Source: Octopus vulgaris (lineage: Eukaryota). Taken from it: DNA of 64,000 nt. Of the stretch, positions 56,571-64,000 are shown in pieces; within the stretch, counting starts at the first letter, position 1, and every line of letters starts with the position of its first letter. Under the pieces are notes generated by a model. It did no database searches. It was not told the DNA's origin and was given only the letters and a program-made list of their open reading frames with translations. The stretch covers positions 64,852,001 to 64,916,000 of the forward strand of contig OX597830.1 in the NCBI GenBank assembly GCA_951406725.2, in the 5' to 3' direction. The translations under genes were made by a program, and so were the position numbers.

Positions 56571-57137
56571 TGAGTGAGAGAGATAGTGAGAGAGAGATTG
56601 ATAGATACACAGACAGATTTCGAAGACACAAATATTTACCATTTGCTGAATCCCTCACCGTTCCTCTCTCCCTCTTTCTGTCCCTCTCTCTCGTAACTTC
56701 CCTCTCTCCTTCCCTCTCTCTCTCTCTCTCTCCTGCCTCCTCCTCTCTGGTCCTTTCTCCTCTCAAAACCCCATCCGTTATTCCCTGTCTCTCCACGAAT
56801 CTCCTCATCCCCTCTTCACGCTTCTCACCTGTCACTCTCTTTACTCTACGCACATTTCCTTCTCACTCCCTCCCTCTCCTCTGTATTGTCTTCTTACTCA
56901 TACACACCTCTTTCCCCCTCTCTTTCTTCTCATACTCTCCCTCTACTTCACTCTCATAACACTCATCCTATCGTTCCTCCTCTCTCATTATTCTTCTGTC
57001 CCTGATCAGTCTTCTCCTTAAACAGTCTCTCTCACTCACTCTTTTTCTCATTCGCTCTCAATCTTGCTTTCTTTCTCTCTCTCCTTCTCAGTCACTATAT
57101 CTATCTACCATCCCCTCCCTTTAACATTTATACTTTA

Positions 57138-57533
57138 CCAGCAGTATCGCCCGGCGTTGCTCGGGTTTGTAAGGGAAATAACTATATAAGCATTTTAGAG
57201 ATGTAAAGTATAATTGCCATCTCAATATGGCTAACCACAAAGGGGGGGGGGGTGTTACTGTAGCTTTTTACGTTCTGAGATTTAATACATTTTTAGAGAG
57301 TTACTTCCCTTATATATGCCAAAAATGCATTAAAAATGGGAAAAATTGATGGTAAATTATTTTTAAAATCGTAGACTCGTCGTAGACGCGCTCTAATACC
57401 CAGAAGGGCTCGATATGCATCACGACTATAAGATACCCGGTTTTGGTTAAACTGCACCGCAAAATGTGGGAGTAGTTAGGAATCTAAATCGTAGGAGACA
57501 GACAGCACACAACCTCACTTTTATATATAAAGA
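57138..57533 (-). mobile_element. Non-autonomous Helitron
   Basis: Minus: A^TCtttatatataaaa ... cccgagc-aac-gccggg hairpin ... CTGG^T (5' TC, 3' CTRR, AT target, no TSD). Confidence 0.8.
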
Positions 57534-57689
57534 TATCTCTCACTCCCAACATCACTGCCGCAGCCACCATCTCGCAGGTATCTAACATTCACTCGCTATC
57601 ATTCTCACTGGCTCTATCTCTTCCCTCTTCCCTTTTTCCCAACACCATACTTTTCTTTCTTTCTTTCTTTCATTCATTCTTGCCTCCTT

Positions 57690-57800
<111 letters not shown>

Positions 57801-57815
57801 CCTTTATCTCTCTCG

Positions 57816-57874
<59 letters not shown>

Positions 57875-57883
57875 CGTGCGTGT

Positions 57884-57965
<82 letters not shown>

Positions 57966-58025
57966 GTATAGTTGGCGATCTTCTTTCTCCGTCTTCGTTT
58001 CCTTGGACCTTTCCTTTTTCTATGT

Positions 58026-58057
58026 TTTTGACGAAGAGCTCCGTTCGAAACGTTAGA
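58026..58057 (+). ncRNA. Minimal hammerhead motif (C3>U)
   Basis: tt-TTGACGA-a-gagc(tcc)gttc-GAAA-CG-TTA-ga, in a short T-rich element between (GT)n and (TA)n. Confidence 0.55.
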
Positions 58058-58278
58058 TCCTCCTACTTTCCTTTCCTTTCGCGAGCGTCCAATAACACTA
58101 TACCTCTTCCACATCCTCGCGTAGTTATGCTTTCTTTATGTTCATGTTTGGATTAACTATATATATATATATATAAAAGTCAAAAAGAGGGTGAAAAAAT
58201 TGGATATTAATTTAATAACATCAATTTAAACACCAGTGGCCTAGCGTATAAAAGACTGAGATTCAGTAAATATTATTA

Positions 58279-58521
58279 ATATACAACTATGAGAGAGAAT
58301 CCACTATGTGGACGCTCTTACGCTAGATATAGATCCGCAAAGGGACTCAGCCACTAAGAATTGTTCTCAAGAAATAATTCAGCAGACCAAGAACGTAAGC
58401 GAGCAGGACAAATTAAAAATAATGCTGAATTATTTCTTGAGAACAATTCTTAGTGGTTGAGTCCCTTTGCGGATCTATATCTAGCGTAAGAGCGTCCGCA
58501 TAGTGGATTCTCTCTCATAGT

Positions 58522-58528
<7 letters not shown>
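58279..58528. repeat. Fold-back inverted repeat, 106-bp arms, 38-bp spacer, within an element flanked by (TA)n
   Basis: 58279-58384 vs 58423-58528, two mismatches seen. Confidence 0.95.
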
Positions 58529-58563
<35 letters not shown>

Positions 58564-58615
58564 TAGATAGATAGATAGATAGCGTGCGGCAGACTACCTA
58601 GCAGTCTTGCCCTGT

Positions 58616-58658
<43 letters not shown>

Positions 58659-59160
58659 TGGTACATAAACATTTATGCATATATACTCGCACATGTGAAT
58701 GTGTGTAAATATGTTTGTGTATGTGTGTAGCCGTGTGTGCACGCGTGTATCTTTTGTGCCTGCATCAGTTTTGGTGCGTGTCGTGATGAAATATGTATGA
58801 AATGTCAGATTTTGACGTCGATATTTAAATGTTACATTGTCGAGTGAATATATGGACTCGAACTACCTGTAACTGAGAAGAGAATAAGAGAGGAGTGGTC
58901 GGAGGTAGAAATGGTTGAGGAGAGGGAGGGAGAGGGAGAGGAAAGAAAGGGAGTAAGATTTTGAAGGAATTGCACAGCAAGGTCCTCGTGAGTTCATTTA
59001 CAAGAATAATGTGAAGTGAGTTATTAGAGAGAAAGACAGAGAGAAAAGGAGAGAGAGAGGTGGGGGCTACAAGGGGGAGTGGGAGACAAACTGTGAAGAA
59101 ATAAGAGGGAAGTGGTTTATAGATATGAAGACGGGGAGACAGAGAGACAGCTAGATAGAC

Positions 59161-59314
<154 letters not shown>

Positions 59315-59540
59315 ATAGATATATATATATATATATATATATATAGATATATAGATAAATAGAAAGAGAGATAGATAGATATATAGATAGATATATAGAT
59401 AGAAAGGTAGATAGATATGTGTACAAAACCACCAGTAACCAAGAATAGTGCGATATATACAAATATATATATATAGAGAGAGAGAGATATATATACACAG
59501 ACATATATATATATACATATATATATATACATATATATAT

Positions 59541-59599
<59 letters not shown>

Positions 59600-60124
59600 T
59601 GCATATGTATATATATATATATACATACACACAAACACACACACTAGAAAATATGCACTTTTAGAATGAGGTACATATATTTATATGCACCTGTGCAGTC
59701 GTGCTCATGTGCATATATCAACAAACATCCATACTAATTCAACCGTGATTACATACATTCATTCATGCATACATACATATATACATACATATGAGTGAGT
59801 ATTTGTGTATAATGATACATACACACACACACACACATATATATATATATGTATATGTTATACACACTTTTACATATACATACATAAAGCTGCAATTACA
59901 CATACACACACATGCACACATACATCACCCATCCCACTCTTTATGATATTCCTATATCGTCACTATGGAAATTGCAATATTCCGTACTTTATAAAACTCT
60001 AATTTATTAATACCGTGCTATATACTTCTAAATCACATCGATATTTCACTGCCATGTCTTAATTCTTGTTTATATTTCTAAGACATCCCTTCACCTGAAA
60101 GACAAAACTATAAAGTTGTTGTTG

Positions 60125-60188
<64 letters not shown>

Positions 60189-60671
60189 TTTTTCCTCTTA
60201 TACCTTCTTCATTTGTTAACTATCTTCCATGCTTCACTCATTGGACAGCGGCCATGTTCGCGCAGCATTCGGTGGTTTTTGTTACATCAAGTACTTGGTA
60301 TTTGATACTGTTTTCATTAGGTGAGAAAAAAATTTATTTCAAAGAGACTTAGTGTTTTAACACCAATAAACATCCTTCATTACACACACACATACACACA
60401 CACACACAAACACATATATGGCAAATGAAAGACGGAATATACGAGAATTTATTACTAATCACCACTATTGTTTCAACACATCTAACATCAGGCAGTGCAG
60501 ATTTATCTCGTTTGGTGATAAATGCAACTCGATAGAATAATAATTCCGCAATGTAAGTTATCGTTTTGTAGAAAGAAAAGCAGCCAGACAAGGAAATATC
60601 TTCATTTATATAGAAGATCAAAAATAAAATCACAGATGGCAAACGGAGAAACGAACACGCAATCCAGGAAG

Positions 60672-62280
<1,609 letters not shown>

Positions 62281-63407
62281 GAGCGCCGTTTGTCCAAATT
62301 TGGCCAAATGCGTTTCTTTTCAATATTTACTTTTGCTTGCATTAGCTGGTTTCGTCAAACTATCGTATCTCCAGCTGCTCTGATATCAAAAATTGTCAAA
62401 GTTTTGTAGAACGGTTTTGCTATGGAATAGGGAAACTATTTTTTCCGTCTACTGAAAAAGCAACGTTTTGGACTTACGACACTTTTGCAAAATAGGCATG
62501 ATGTATATATATATATATATATATACACAATTATCATGCTGGGAAGACTATACAGGCCGACACCAGCAAAAAGCACGAAGGCGCGCGCGCGCACACACAC
62601 ACACATGCACACATACACACACATACACACACGTACGCACAAAATTAGAAAAGCGATTGCACACTCTAAATTCGCTTCCAAAGCCTTTTCCGGCAGTTTA
62701 AAAAAGAAAAGGTTTAAAGCAGATATGGCAAACATAATTAATTAATTACGAAAATGTCTTCGAATCATTAAAATTTAAATAACAGTTGAAAATTTTGAAA
62801 TGTTACGCGTAAATGTTCCGAAAAGTGGCGAGATTTGAGGGAATACGAGATTTAGAGTAATTAAGATTTAGTCAGATCATAATATCACGCGAAATCAATT
62901 TTGCTACAATTCTCTAGTGTTGCCAGGCAACAGAAAATGAGAAATGGGAGTAGAAGATATTTTTTCTTGAAACTTTTTTTTTTATAAATTTTTTTTTTCG
63001 TGATATGTCAAGCGGAATGAGGTTTGTGCAGAACATCACTAAAAAACTATTGTTTTGAAACATGTTCAAAGATATAACAACAAAGACAGATAAGGAACAG
63101 CTAAGGAAGGTACAATAACATGTTGCAATAGAGACAAAACAAGCGGAAATGGCAAAATACCAAAGACGTATTATCTTTGCTACGAGCAACGTTTTTTTAT
63201 AGTAAAGCAGTTAGTTTCTGATTAAAAGGAAAAAAAAAATGTTTTATTGTTCTCTACACACAGTGTGTTATATCTGCCTCTTAAAATTTCGGGAGGAGTT
63301 TATTTGTCTATGCACTTCTGTGTGTGCTTTGTTTAATTACGTTTGAAGAAGAAAAAAAAGGCTGAATTGCAAATGTATGTTCATATTTAGAAGGCAATAT
63401 TATTTAT

Positions 63408-63618
63408 GTGAGGTATACTTGCCATCTCAATATGGCTAACCACTAAGGGTGGGTGTTACTGTAGCTTGTAGCCCCAGGAGAACATCGTCTCCAGCTGGCT
63501 TTAGACACACTTTCTGTGCCCTTATGGTATTTGCAAAGGGAGTTCATCCTTCCCTCGTCAACCTAAGTGATACGCACGGACTGCAGTTTCTAGGTATTGA
63601 CCTGTCCTCAGCGTTCAA
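63408..63618 (-). mobile_element. ~210-bp HHR-headed short retroelement with 13-bp TSD
   Basis: caatattatttat at 63395-63407 and 63619-63631; homologous to the arms of 53804-54186. Confidence 0.85.
63576..63614 (-). ncRNA. Minimal type-I hammerhead ribozyme, canonical core
   Basis: acg-CTGAGGA-c-aggt(caat)acct-a-GAAA-CTGCAG-TC^-cgt. Confidence 0.85.
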
Positions 63619-64000
63619 CAATATTATTTATCTTCCGCTTAAAGTGGATGTTGTTTTAGAGCAAGGAGTATGGCGTTATTTACCAAGAGAGAACTTTTCA
63701 AATTCACTTTTGGTGCATATAAACACTCGTGTTTATATCGCTGGCGGGTGATAACACTCTTTTAACGGCCAAGGAAGGCCGAAATCACGTGATCTGGCTT
63801 ATACGACAGCCGTAGCGGCGGTTCCCAACCACCAGCAAAATAAATACGAAAGCTTATATGGAACAGAAGTCCATATGAGAAGTTTTCTCATGGTATTTAA
63901 AACAGCAATCTGTGGAAGATAAATATTACCTTTTGGTAATATTGCCTCAGTCGTTACTAATTAATCATTTTTTAATAAACCCACCGGTTTTTTGCGACAT

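Noticed and set aside
63720-63860. CpG-richer stretch with CACGTG, possible promoter
   Set aside because: No associated exon or TSS evidence in the window.

Overview
This is repeat-saturated, AT-rich animal genomic DNA, most likely octopus/coleoid cephalopod (inferred from the SINE families and extreme microsatellite density). No host protein-coding exon can be supported, and most ORF-track entries are translations of (TA)n/(CA)n/(GAT)n/(AAT)n repeats. Recognisable elements are: the 3' end of a Penelope-like element (PLE) with an intact GIY-YIG frame, three CR1/L2-group RT copies, L1/Tx1, R4/Dong-like and HERO-like LINE relics, one Tc1 element and mariner relics, two non-autonomous Helitrons, and many tRNA-derived SINEs. 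The main signal is a set of unrelated short non-coding elements that each carry a type-I hammerhead-ribozyme (HHR) motif with a palindromic stem III. There are about a dozen motif copies; the best are at 10671-10777, 11157-11263 and 63576-63614. Most of these elements sit in or next to (TA)n tracts, several are arranged as long fold-back inverted repeats or head-to-tail monomers, and two have 13-bp TSDs. Together they suggest a PLE-driven, retrozyme-like system.
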